NCBI GenBank assembly: GCA_964187785.1
Contig: OZ076409.1
Location: forward strand, 100,008,001 to 100,072,000
From: Amphiscolops sp. MND2022
Taxonomy: Eukaryota
Direction: 5' to 3'
DNA length: 64,000 bases
Of this stretch, positions 37,101-48,411 are shown one piece after another. Positions within the stretch are counted from its first letter, which is position 1, and each line of letters starts with the position of its first letter. A model generated the notes under the pieces. It worked only from the letters and a program-made list of their open reading frames with translations. It searched no databases and was not told the origin of the DNA. The position numbers and the translations under genes were made by a program.

Positions 37101-37509
37101 AGCATGCCCTGCTGACCTAAAGACCAACTCTGCCGCCTTGCGATATGTGCTGCGGGAGTGCGGCATAGAAGATGTATTTGCCTTACGACCTAAAGTGGGC
37201 GAGATTCTCACTATCCCGCCTGATGTGAACCCCAACCCTAATCAAAGTATTCACCTGTTAATAGTCCGTGCTAGCCAGCGCGCACCGCTGCTGACCGATG
37301 ACTACTTGCGCTGCATGACGCACTTGATACAGCGCCTGATAGACAAAGGATCCACACGGGTCCACTTACCCATTCTGGACCCCGAGAGACCGACTTTCTC
37401 GTTGGTCAATTTGTACCATGCTCTAACGAACATGTTCGAAGGAACTGGTATTCGCGTGGTTTTGCATAGCCGCGTATATGTATCAATATTAAATGTAGGG
37501 CTGGAGTAA
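28155..37509 (+). CDS. gag-pol: Gag-Pol polyprotein of element B (~3100 aa), interrupted by a C12 homopolymer frameshift (30339-30350) and an in-frame TAA (32527)
   Basis: Capsid-like YRGSKDGSIDGW; knuckle CFHCGQNGHFAREC; LVDTGS protease; YIDD RT; LDTDAS RNase H; HDAMGH..CLTC and QSDNA integrase; ORFs 30280 and 32569 are in the same frame across KI*TSIDLAWAFWQ. Confidence 0.92.
37051..37470 (+). other. Degenerate TARG1/OARD1 (Poa1p-like) macrodomain at the Pol C-terminus
   Basis: Colinear by-eye match to the TARG1 pattern: VSYDESDFL..IVLACPADL..KVGEIL..IHLLIVR..VHLPIL..MFEGTGIRVVLH. Confidence 0.7.
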
Positions 37510-37804
37510 CCTTATCATTTTAGTTGTCCCCATTTTCCCTTTGCCCTCAATCCTTGTAATAATCCTTGTAACAACCATGGAAGAGTCTTGAAATGCTCTC
37601 GAAATGTTAATTTGTCATGCTGTTTACTCAAAGGTTTTGTTCTAGTTCCTTAGTTAGTTAGAGTTAAATTTTAAGTTTGTAGTGGCCCCCTTACGGAGCC
37701 GATGTTGCATCGCTGTAATTGAGGGACGAGCCAGCCCACGGCTCGCTCCACAAAGAACTTGCCCCTGTAAGCCTAACAGTGGTCCTTTTTAGACCTATGC
37801 ATTA

Positions 37805-40800
37805 ATGGCCCATTGCCCAAACAGTTCAGCGCCTGCAACAGGGCCTAGTAGTGCAAGGCCCCAGGAATCTGCGCGAGCGCAGAGGGTCAATCAGGCCCAA
37901 TACGTCGAAGAGAGGCTGCGGTATGGTCTTTCACCAGTAGCCGTTGCTGGGGTAGCTGCATTACTGACCCAGCTTGAAACGATGCTAACGCTGCCAAACG
38001 CATCATTGTCGATCACTACGGAGGTGGCAGGCTATCGTCGCACCTTGACGTGTACCAATAATGCCTGGGATGGGTACGACCTGACTCACCAGTTCTTAGA
38101 CGAAAGATCAATCGCAGTGCATGGCCCCAGTCAGGGCACCAGATTCGAACAAGAAGCATCACTGCGTATGATGCCCGTCAATGTCCCATCGCTGCCGTCT
38201 ATCTCGGCACCGAATCCAGTGCAGATGACACCGTATGCTGGCTCACTTGCTTTTGGGGCACCATATGGAACCCAGGCAACGACAATGCAAAACCCTGCCA
38301 ATCAATCAGCCTCAAGTCGGGAGCCCTCGGGGTCCCAACTGCCATCAGTGCCTAATCTGAATCTTACTGGACGGAGCACTAGCGAGCAAGCGGTGATCGT
38401 AGCCCTGCAAGCAGTCACCAACTACCCCAACTTTTCTGACTTCGTCCGTGCAGTTGAACAAAGGATTCCCGGATTGGCACACTATTTGCAAGCCGCAGCT
38501 CAGTCCTCGGGCTGTGTCACCCCACCCACCACCCTAGCCGAAACTGTGTCCATGGAAGCAGAAACCACGGCCGGACCAAGCACCAGCGCTATAACATGTC
38601 CCAGTGAGGAAACGGGACGGAAGCGACTTACTGAGGAAAGCATCGTCGCTACGCGCAATAATTCTGTGACCGAGAGTCCGACCAGTCGTCCCCCTCCGGA
38701 CAAGCGAGCAGATGTACCCCAGCAATCGCAAATGAAGAGTGTAGTGGTCGTGAGGCCTCCATACCGCGTCGGCCATCTGGGCGTAGGCGCGCCTCAAATG
38801 TCTATGGAAGAGGCCATCAACCGCTACGGCAGTGTGGATGCGAATCCTGAAACGAGTCCTTTGCCCTTGGGCACAGGCTCTGCCAACATGTCCCTGGAGG
38901 TGCCCGAGACAGTCGAGGAGACCAGCCCTCCCGCCTTCCTTCCCCCGTCAGATGATGTATCCGGCTCCGTGGTAACTAGCGATAGTAAACGCATCTGGAT
39001 GGCAGCAGAGTGTTTGCACCCAAACACATGTGCGATTAGAAGAAGAGCACCGCCGTCGGACGCCGATCAAAGAGAGGTGAGCAGAATCACCATTGCGGCA
39101 CAAATAACTCGATCGCTACGTGCCTGTGATGCGGACATGAGTGAGCAAGCCTGGGAACAGCGTGCTCGAGAGCAACTGCCCGCCACACCCAACAACTACA
39201 TGGCTCGCCTGCAGCACGACCTCACCGAGCAATTTCCCGCTAGGTACATATTGCGCGAAGGAGAAACCTGGGAAGCGAACGCCCGCTACGCTCGTAATAT
39301 CAGGTCAATGAAGCCCCTCTTGAAAGCAGCTCTGCAGCGTGCGCGCTATTGTGTGGCGGTGGATTCGACGTGCAAGAGCGATCTGCCTATCGATAACCTT
39401 CTGCCTGATGTGCTGGTATTAACAATGCCACTCTCCCGCTTCGCCGAAGTCGCAGAGATGGTCGCGGTCATGTATGACCCAAACCTGAGAGGGTCTCTAA
39501 GAGAGCCACCCCCGCGACGTGTAGTCTTCACCAACTTGATCGACCACATGGCCTGTGAAGGACTGCTACACAACCTGGATGGCCTCATGGCAGATACCCG
39601 TAGACCTGGGAATGTGGCGACCTTAGTAAACGTGGTTGCGGATGCAATGGAGCGTGCAGCAGGGATCCTTCGGGGTCGTCTGGGAGCGCTCGCGCTCTTC
39701 ACATCCCCGCCGGGATTCATGTATTGGCAACGAAGCTTGCAGCAGTTTGTATATATCTTGTCTGAGGTGTGCAAGGCGCGCCGGATCGAGTTTGCCATAT
39801 GTGCGCCAAATCTTCGGGTTGATCGCGGAGACCTACGCCCCGATGCATTGTCATACCCTGCCTTCTTTGCTGCTGTATCAAGAGTGCTAATCACTGTGGA
39901 GCGATCGGGAAATGCACAACTAACTATCGACGATGCCATACTGTTTGATCATGGAATGTGCATGGGGCGGATGGCCTTCGACTTGGACGGGAATCGCGTC
40001 ACGCGAGAATCTAACATGAGTGAGCGAGAGGCTGTTCGACGATATATCTGGCTGGTGCGGGAAGACAAAGAAATTCCCGTACGAACAGAGCTGGCAGAGC
40101 TTGTGAAGGAAATTGAAACATGGCCTGCCGCACGCACGGTCGAAAGGACCATTCCTCAGATTCGGTTTGCCGCGGGAATCGAGCCTGTCAAGTTGCCCGT
40201 GGGCCTGAGGCACATCGTGGCTGTGGAGGAGACCAACTTGAAGACTGAAGTAGATGCCGCCGGATTAACGTATGCCGAATGGTATCAGTCCAGATTCGTG
40301 GACAGAACCTTGGCCGAGGTAGCTCAAGAGCTTAACTGTCCCTTGGAAGCCTTTTGCACCAGTCTCGGACTAGGCTGGAATATCGTTGTAATAGCCTCTG
40401 AGTTCTTGCTCACCAATGTGCAGACTGACAAATTGTTGGAAACCATCGGCGAGACCACTGTCGGAGAGATGTTAGCGCTCGCGCTAACCATGGGCCCGAC
40501 AAAGTTTGTGGCTGGTCCTCTGGCTATGTTAGTCGAGCTGGTAGTATCCAGTGATCTAGTCACCTTTTACAGCTACCTGATCCTCGCGCAGGGACAGCTA
40601 CGCAGCCTAACTCGATGGGGTCACCTCCTGAATTCCAAGGACCAACAAGATTATGTCACCCAGCTGGAACGCATGCGTGCATCCCTCCAACATTGGTTGT
40701 ATTCCACCCTAGTGTTCGCCTCCGGCTTGTTTGTAGGCGTGGATCAGTCGCAACCCCTGCACAATTCCGAGCGTCAACTCCCTGCGGCAACGGCGGGATT

Positions 40801-42076
40801 TCCTATGCCCCAGCAAATCGCCGATTTGACTCTGGCCGAAGTGGAGGACTTCGTGGCCGTCATGGCTTCCGTCCTAGCCCCAATCTTCGGTGCGATCGGT
40901 GTGTGCCGGTATCCCACCAAACCATTGTCGAGAGCAGTGCAGGTGCACATGGTCTCCTTCTGCACCTATCTCCAAGGACGCCCCCCACTGACCTATCCGC
41001 GCATCGTACAGGCTGTATTGAGTGGCGAGATGCCGCATGGGTATACCACCTTGAAGTCGGAGAAACAACTGGAGGAGAACTTGATGGGTTTGTTGCGCGC
41101 CCGCACACGAAAGGCGTGCCCTTTGCCACGAGAGTACGGCCCAGTCAATTGGTACTCCGCGCCTCTCAGCCTGAATGGAGTCCCCTTTAGATTCCCTTGG
41201 ACGCAGGAGTTTATACGTAAAGTGATTCGTGCCAGCACTAGTGCTGGTCCACCTATAGATCCCCTGTACGCTTTCAAGTGCATCACCTTCCCAAATCACT
41301 ACTGGAAGGAGCCACTGGGATGGCCCAGAGCAAAACCCGTTGGTCGCGCCCCTGAAGCCTTCAATCGGCAGGTCCAGTATATGGAATTGGCTCAGATTCC
41401 GAGTTGGATTGAAGGAGCAGCTCAGACTCGACAAAGGAACCTGCAACGGCGCGTGACTCCGTTCCCTAGAAGAGCTGTCTGGAGACCGCAGGCCAAGATG
41501 ACGATGTCAGGAGATATGTCCATCGTCCAGCACAATGAGATCAATTCCGTGCTAGGCCCCGAAGCCCGCGCAGAGTGGGAAGGACATTGCTTGGAGCTGG
41601 AGATTGCCAGCTTCCCAAAATGGAAGCGAGCTTGCGAGCTCTGGAGTCAGCCTGGCTGGGTCTCCAAACGAATATCCTTGGCCGTGGAGAGTAGAGCTGA
41701 ACTCGAGAGACAACAGGCGTTCGCGCCTGCCATGCTGGCACCCATAAGGGCCATGTCATCAAACCAACCCATTGACCGGCCCGTGACTCTGGATTTGCCT
41801 ACCCATGTTCTACAGCCAGAGCCTGTGAGTCCACCATCGACACAAACCAGTCCTCAGTCATCGCAACCACAGTCCGGTGAGCATGCGGCTGAGCTAACCC
41901 CCGACGCCGTACTGGTACAATCGACCGCTGAATTATCACTCCCTGAAGACGTTTCTGATTCAGAGACAGTGATTACCGTGACATCTCCACAGCGAAGAGC
42001 GTCAATAGCGTCGGAGGAAACAGGGGTTTCGGAGGATGCCTCTAAGAATCGAGCTCGACGCAGCTCTGCCCAGTAG
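37805..42076 (+). CDS. ORF3 of element B (1423 aa, unknown function; possible degenerate SGNH/GDSL-like fold centrally)
   Basis: Intact long ORF between pol and the 3' LTR; no evident signal peptide or C-terminal TM helix; central VAVDS...VVFTNLIDH...LFTSPP segment. Confidence 0.85.
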   Translation: MAHCPNSSAPATGPSSARPQESARAQRVNQAQYVEERLRYGLSPVAVAGVAALLTQLETMLTLPNASLSITTEVAGYRRTLTCTNNAWDGYDLTHQFLDERSIAVHGPSQGTRFEQEASLRMMPVNVPSLPSISAPNPVQMTPYAGSLAFGAPYGTQATTMQNPANQSASSREPSGSQLPSVPNLNLTGRSTSEQAVIVALQAVTNYPNFSDFVRAVEQRIPGLAHYLQAAAQSSGCVTPPTTLAETVSMEAETTAGPSTSAITCPSEETGRKRLTEESIVATRNNSVTESPTSRPPPDKRADVPQQSQMKSVVVVRPPYRVGHLGVGAPQMSMEEAINRYGSVDANPETSPLPLGTGSANMSLEVPETVEETSPPAFLPPSDDVSGSVVTSDSKRIWMAAECLHPNTCAIRRRAPPSDADQREVSRITIAAQITRSLRACDADMSEQAWEQRAREQLPATPNNYMARLQHDLTEQFPARYILREGETWEANARYARNIRSMKPLLKAALQRARYCVAVDSTCKSDLPIDNLLPDVLVLTMPLSRFAEVAEMVAVMYDPNLRGSLREPPPRRVVFTNLIDHMACEGLLHNLDGLMADTRRPGNVATLVNVVADAMERAAGILRGRLGALALFTSPPGFMYWQRSLQQFVYILSEVCKARRIEFAICAPNLRVDRGDLRPDALSYPAFFAAVSRVLITVERSGNAQLTIDDAILFDHGMCMGRMAFDLDGNRVTRESNMSEREAVRRYIWLVREDKEIPVRTELAELVKEIETWPAARTVERTIPQIRFAAGIEPVKLPVGLRHIVAVEETNLKTEVDAAGLTYAEWYQSRFVDRTLAEVAQELNCPLEAFCTSLGLGWNIVVIASEFLLTNVQTDKLLETIGETTVGEMLALALTMGPTKFVAGPLAMLVELVVSSDLVTFYSYLILAQGQLRSLTRWGHLLNSKDQQDYVTQLERMRASLQHWLYSTLVFASGLFVGVDQSQPLHNSERQLPAATAGFPMPQQIADLTLAEVEDFVAVMASVLAPIFGAIGVCRYPTKPLSRAVQVHMVSFCTYLQGRPPLTYPRIVQAVLSGEMPHGYTTLKSEKQLEENLMGLLRARTRKACPLPREYGPVNWYSAPLSLNGVPFRFPWTQEFIRKVIRASTSAGPPIDPLYAFKCITFPNHYWKEPLGWPRAKPVGRAPEAFNRQVQYMELAQIPSWIEGAAQTRQRNLQRRVTPFPRRAVWRPQAKMTMSGDMSIVQHNEINSVLGPEARAEWEGHCLELEIASFPKWKRACELWSQPGWVSKRISLAVESRAELERQQAFAPAMLAPIRAMSSNQPIDRPVTLDLPTHVLQPEPVSPPSTQTSPQSSQPQSGEHAAELTPDAVLVQSTAELSLPEDVSDSETVITVTSPQRRASIASEETGVSEDASKNRARRSSAQ

Positions 42077-42845
42077 ACCTTGCCGCCAATTGGAGCGTTC
42101 GCGCTCCTATTGAACTCCAAACTCTGCCAATTCATTGCCTCAAACTTATAGCCTTAACTGGTGCTACCTCATACAAAGTGCAATTTTTGTTAGTAGTTAT
42201 TTAGTTAGTATGTTGTTAGTATTGCGCTGGGTGTACGGCCAATAGAGTGCGCCTGCCCCAGCTGCTTGGCCTACAAAGTTGAAAAAAGAAACTATTACCA
42301 AAGAAAAACTGCTATTTTTGTTGCGCACCGTTCGCGGTGTTTTTGAGTTGCCATAGTCAAGAAAAAAGTTCTAGCCTTTTAGTTACGGTTTTAGCTGCTT
42401 TTTCTTGTTTTTTGTTGTTCAAGCATCTTCTATCGACTGTCTGATGAGTAGGCAAATCTGCGTTCTCCCAAAAGAAGTTTTACATTGCCCGAAATTGACT
42501 GAAAAATGTAAATTGCAAACTGCATAAAAAAGAGATTTCAGCTGACCCAGGTCGCAAAAGAGTTTTTAGCGAAAACTGTTTGCTTAAACGAGTTTTAACC
42601 GACTGAAAACCTGAGCCCTCGAGCTGGTGCTAAAACCTCGTTTGCATTTTTGTACAAATACCTAAGCAGTAAAATTTTCCTTGGAAAAAACCGCGAAATT
42701 TGACAAAAATAGTTGCCGAAAAACAAGGACTCGTCCTTGTCCCCTGAGGTGTGGATGATGGTTCCCAGCAGTCACTGCGATGCCGTTTCCAGACGAGGCC
42801 AGATGCCGCTTGCCAGGGACGACAAGCCAGAAGCCCGGGGAGTGA

Positions 42846-43556
42846 TGTAACGGCAACTGCCCATGTCAAAATTTTCGAAGCAAAAATTCGTTCAAATCTG
42901 ACGTGGCACTCAAACATGCTCCAGACGAAAGACCTGTCAGAAAAGCATATCAGAAAAGCAGAAATCGCCCCCCGCGAAAGGAGACGACAAAAAAGACGTA
43001 GAAATCAGTCTCTAGAACACGGTGATGTGCCCATCTTCGGAATTAACACTACATAGGTAGCAGGAACCGGTGTTCCGGATGCTCGCCTGAAGATCCTGCG
43101 GTGTCCTGTGCGGTGACGAGCGCTAGCGCTGGGAAGCCATGGTCGATTCCTGTCAAATAACTCAAACTTCTGATATTATTATTCTTGTTGTGCTTTCTTT
43201 ATTGTAGTAGATTGATATGCCCGAGAGCTGCCCATTTAACATCTATAGTTACCCATTTTGATGTCGATTTTATCAGATTCTCCAATACTATGGCTCAACA
43301 TTCTCCTGTTTTCAGCCCCCTTTTTAAAGGCTAATTGAGCAGTGGTCTTGAGACATGCAAGATGCCCGTTACTTTTAGCAGTTACAGACTAGGACCAGGC
43401 CAGAGAGTTTCCAACAAGACGGTTCCCCCACCTTGGGACTGGCTCCTTCGGAGGGAAAATGAGCTAGGGCCGCGGAGATCTAAGTCCCAGATTATATTCG
43501 CTGTTCTAGTTCCTCCACTCGACGTTGCGGTTCAAGCGCCAGCGCTTATCGTTACA
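42846..43556 (+). repeat. 3' LTR of element B
   Basis: Direct repeat of 24709-25419; preceded by purine-rich GGGGAGTGA. Confidence 0.95.
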
Positions 43557-44987
43557 ATATTTTTTTATTTCTCTAGAAGGTTTGGCTGAAAAACCCATGA
43601 AACTGAACTTTCATATCGTCTAATATATCGGCAATATATAGTCAAGTGCCTTGCTTAAACGCTATGTATGAGAAACAACATTTTCAAGCTATATAAAACG
43701 CCCTAAAACAAAGAAGACAGGAAAATGACTTTTTTTATAATTACCAATTTATGACTTTTCTGTACTTATTTTTAGCCATGTTTTGTTTGGCCAAACAATC
43801 TTTGTCACCGAAACTTTTCGAGAACGCAATTTCCAAAAAAAATTTAGCCCAGGGTTTTGCCGAAACTTGTATGCAGAAAGCCATTTCACTGTCTTATACC
43901 GGTTGAAAAACAAATCGTACAAAAATCGATTCCCCTACCTTGTTAGGTAATACCATCTCGTTGCGAGACGAGCCCGTGACTGCAATAACACAGATGGAAG
44001 CAGCGGCCATCGAATCTGAATTGAACGAGCTCGCGAGTCTATACCAACAAGGTTCACCCCCCTCTGAATTGATGGCGCCCAGTGTAGAAGCCGACTCGCA
44101 AATTACCAATGCCCCCGCTAACCCATGAGCCACATGGTGAATGATGGGTGGAGTAAAGGACGGACCCTCATTGTTCAATACAAAGACAACCAAGCTATCA
44201 AGAAACAAACCCCAAACAGACCGATGCTTACGAAAGTGCAAATTATGTTAAATAGCAATGATAGTTCTCGTTGCAGCTCTAGTGTAATTTTTGTTAGCTA
44301 TTAATTTTTCAATACCTTTGTTACTACCTGGTAGGTAAACAAACAAGCAACTTTGCAACGCAAAAAAGCCAGCAAAAGAGAAAATCGGAAGTGGGCCCTT
44401 CTGATCCAAGCGCATTCAAAATTATGTGGAAAAAACGGATCCAGCAGCTAACTGCTTAGTGAAAAAACAAGCTCATCTGCGTTAATGTTTCTCATCATGA
44501 GATTGACAACCGAAATTGCCTGTTTACTGTGCTGAGACTAATTAACTATTGAGTCTGATTTCAGACCTGTAGAGGGCTTCACTCTAGTTATAGTTGACAG
44601 TTATGATTTAATCTTTGAAATGATTTGATAATTGGAAAGAAGGTTGTTTTGAAGAAAACAAAAAAGCTTCAAGAAACAAAAAGACGCATTGCAAACGTAT
44701 CTCTTGTATGTTTCAACTTCAGAGCTACTTTTCTTCATTCTAGAAAAAATTTCATACCAAAACTTTCAGATGTCAAAGGAATTTTTATGTAAAAGTAGGT
44801 CTTGAAACGCCAGAAAAAGTGGTTTGTCCAGCCGATTACTGTAACTATTCAAAGTTGTTAATTGAACTCTTTCACTATTCAATTCTGTTCAGTCTTCCAC
44901 AATTCTACGTTACTGTCAAGCTTTTTGTGGCGATAACTTGCAACAATTAACCAAAGCCAAAAGAGGATGGAATTTTTGCAAACTTCA

Positions 44988-45335
44988 ACAAGACGGGAAT
45001 GTCTCAAGTCGGCGCTATATCTAAGGCTCAAAAAAAATCGAAGGGGGACCCTCGGAGACAAAAAAAAATCGAAAACAGTTGCACAGTCCCGAAACAAATT
45101 GAAAGGGGGGACCCTTTAGTCCCGTCCGGTTTTGTAGGTTACGTTAAAATAGTAAAAAAAAACTAAAGGGGGGACACTTTGGAATAACTTAAATGAGTTT
45201 CCCGGGTATTCGTTTAGTTTCCTTTGGTTGAACAAGCTGAACAAAAATTTCGTCGCAGTGAGTCTGTCTTAAAAAAAAGAAAAAAACGAGTGACTGTAAT
45301 TGTCGGGCTCTTTTATTAATAAAAGCGCCGACTAA
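44988..45335 (-). mobile_element. DINE-1/HINE-like element, copy 4
   Basis: Same ends as copy 3 (CAAGACGGGAA..AGTCGGCGC ... GCGCCGACTAA). Confidence 0.78.
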
Positions 45336-46161
45336 AAACAGGCCTGGCGTACATTACCTGAGTACTCCTACACTCTGGAACCTGTCGTTGCTGGTCCAAA
45401 AACACAAGATCTCACAATGCAACCACGATCTTTGGCGCTGCTCTAGCGAAAGACACATTGAATTCTACAACTCTGAAATCGCTTCCACTATCAGCTCAAT
45501 CCAACGACACTAATGTTTCTCTTGTTCCCACGCTAGCTCATTCTTCAATTGAACGCCTAAATTTTCTAACCATTTTCGAATTTTATTGTATTATTTACAA
45601 ACTTTGAAGTTGTCCGAAATTCTCACCTGCATTGACACTACGAACAGTGATTTTCACTTGGAAGCTACGGTCTCTAAGTTTTACAACAACACAACGCAAA
45701 CTGAAGAAGAAGGACAAAAGAACTTGGAATTGGGAGCCACTATTTTCCTAAAGTAAGCCAACACAGCTCCGATAAAGTAGTCCATGGCCGTTGTGGCTGA
45801 AATCTTTGAACAAAATGACCATATTACGCGTGTGATTGAGATTACAAAACGACATTACGTGAGACTAGTCCGTCGACTATCATGATTTTACCGGTACCGA
45901 AAAATTACAAAAAACAAAAAAAAACTAAATCGTGATAAATGCACCTAGTAAGATGGTCGAAACCCAATACAACAAAGACCCAAAAAATAGACCGACCGTG
46001 TAGAAAAATTTCTTAACGATAGGTAAGAAAAACTTGTTGTTACTGTGGAACAAAGCAACGTTTACAACTAGTCTCGACTACCAATCAGAAATCTTTCAAT
46101 CTTTTAGGAAACTACAAAAATACTTCAGCACAGTTCTTTAGTTTGTTTTATATGGTTGTTT

Positions 46162-46561
46162 TAAGTCGGCGCCTTTTCCCTTGAGGAAAAAAGCCCGACT
46201 ATTACAGTGGGTAGTTTTTTTCAGCCTACAATCTCACTCTGAATGGTTCTTACAATTCTTACAATCTTAAAATTATTACAATTCTTACTTACCATAATAA
46301 GTAGTATTTTTACATCATCTAAGAAATTCGACGGGGCCAAAAGGTACTCCCGTAGAGTAATTTCGGCTCTGTGAGACTTTTTTTCGAAAAAAAAATCCAC
46401 CAAGGGGTCCCCAATTTTTTCGGCATTGTGAGACTTTTTTTTTCAAAAATTTTTTTATTTCATAAAAGGGTCCCCAATTAACCAATACCTTGACATTTTG
46501 AAGTCCTTTTGCTATTTTTGAGCCTTAGATATGGCGCCGACTTGGGCCGGTCCCGGCTTGT
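46162..46561 (+). mobile_element. DINE-1/HINE-like element, copy 5
   Basis: AGTCGGCGC..GCCCGACT at 5' end; GCGCCGACT plus hairpin GCCGG-TC-CCGGC at 3' end. Confidence 0.78.
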
Positions 46562-48411
46562 CTGGGTTGTTCTAGTTCTTGATTATCCTTGATTTGGATA
46601 CCTTTGCTTACTATTGTTGCATTGGTTTTACAGTTCCAGGGGTATTAGGTCTCTTCTCTGTGGTTTGAAATTTCTGGTCTAGCAAAGTTTTATGAAAGTT
46701 TCGTTTTCTCGCAGTTTTTTTAAGTGGCTAGTTTTTTTGCCCAATGATTTGTAGTTAAATTTTCAAATGCTACTTTGCCCGGTTTGTTTAGGCTTTACCC
46801 GTTCAAGAAAGCTGATGATGGTTCACGCCGAATAGTTTGAAATTTACTAACATTCCAAAACTTTTATTGACTTTTTTCAGAACTCAACTTTACTCACTAT
46901 TTCTCAATTCTATGTAAAAGTCAAAACACGTTTCACTGTTTTCCAATAAGTCAAGTACTCAAAGTATTCGATCAGGTGTCAAATGTCAAAACGTCGCATT
47001 CGAGTCATCACAAGTTGTTCTTGTCAAAAACTCACGGTGTTTATTCTCAACAATCAAAGCAGCAGTCCTCAAAAACCCAAATTTAAAGACCGTTATTCTG
47101 AAACGGTATTCCCTGTCACGTTTTTCGCAACTTGCGTGACAATATTTTCCCACAAGTTTTTGACATAAAAATACGGTACCACTGGGCCTTCCGTTTTTGT
47201 TTGAATTTCTGACGTAGCTTTTGATAACACAGTAGTTGGATAATCTTGGACGGTCTTAGCAAATGGGTTGGCAATTGTTTGCGGATCTGTCAGCCTCTGA
47301 AATTCTTTAAATTCAAACTTGTGACATCATTGTTCAATTGTGATTTACTCATTTCTCTACAAATATTTTTGATGTACAAAAAAGTCATCCGAATTTTGCA
47401 ATGAACATGTGCCTGAATTGCAGACCGTTAAGCTGATAACAACCTTTACTGTTAATTTTCCATATTGAAATTGTACCATAAAATGTCAAGAAGTTTGAAA
47501 AAACAAAGATTTTCCCCACTCGACTAAGTTTCGTGGTGACGAACCACCCACAATTTGTGATAAAAAACAACACGTACAAAAAAATTGTATGCATCAATGA
47601 TAGGCTTGAGATTGGAGATGCTAATTTGGTAATTTCAAGTTATTACGTTGAGAAACTTCAACAGTTTTTGAGAGATGTTCAACAAATTTCAACATATTTC
47701 AATTTGACTGGTCGCCCAGTTAATTTGATTGTGCCAGATAAATTTCTGGTCAATGATCAAATTCCAACAGAACAGATCATTAATTAGGTTCTGAAGGTAG
47801 TAAATCACACTTTAGCTACACACATTTGATATAGATACCATTGTGAGCCTTTTTCAACACCTTCAGAATAGTTATCTGTTTGTATCTATTTAGAGTGTAC
47901 CTATTTTTTGTTCGCCGAAAATAGCTTTCAGAATTTTGTTAAAATAAGTACTAACATAGCAGTCAACAACTTGTGTGCGGTCCAGACGCTTGTTCCCAGG
48001 GAAATTAGCAATGTTAAAAAGAAGATTGTATTCGACTCGTCATCAACTACATTATTGATGTTGTTTCAATGCACGCAATGTAAACGATGGTCGATATATA
48101 CAGTACGAATATACAACGATACAACACTACACACGAAAAATCATGGCGGCTAATATGGTATGGAAAAATTACATGACAATATAGTTGTTTACAAATAATG
48201 AATGTAATTAAAAGACAATAATTAGATAACATTAAAAAGAATGAAGGTCAAACGTCTGGTTCGGGAAACGTCACGGAAGGTGATTGCTTAAATTCGAGTT
48301 TCAGAAAGGTAAAGAGTTTTGGCTCCTTGAGGGGTTCGAACCTATACCCCTGCTCACCGAGCCCGGTACGGTACAGCTAAACTACCGTTGCTTTGAAACC
48401 ATTCGTTGTTA

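Larger units (their letters stand above)
24709..43556 (+). mobile_element. Full-length giant Ty3/Gypsy LTR retrotransposon B (~18.8 kb) with a third ORF
   Basis: 711-bp LTRs 24709-25419 and 42846-43556 (TGTAACG...GTTACA, four substitutions seen); flanks ATATA/ATATT (4 of 5 match as TSD); gag-PR-RT-RH-IN order. Confidence 0.96.

Noticed and set aside
37805..42076. Calling ORF3 an env gene
   Set aside because: Position fits, but no signal peptide, cleavage site or C-terminal transmembrane helix is visible.
43894..44241. GC-richer segment with overlapping ORFs on both strands (possible host exon)
   Set aside because: Splice-like signals on both strands and no recognisable protein; cannot assign.
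47385..47787. Short ORFs possibly from a decayed viral or Polinton-like gene
   Set aside because: No diagnostic motif recognised.
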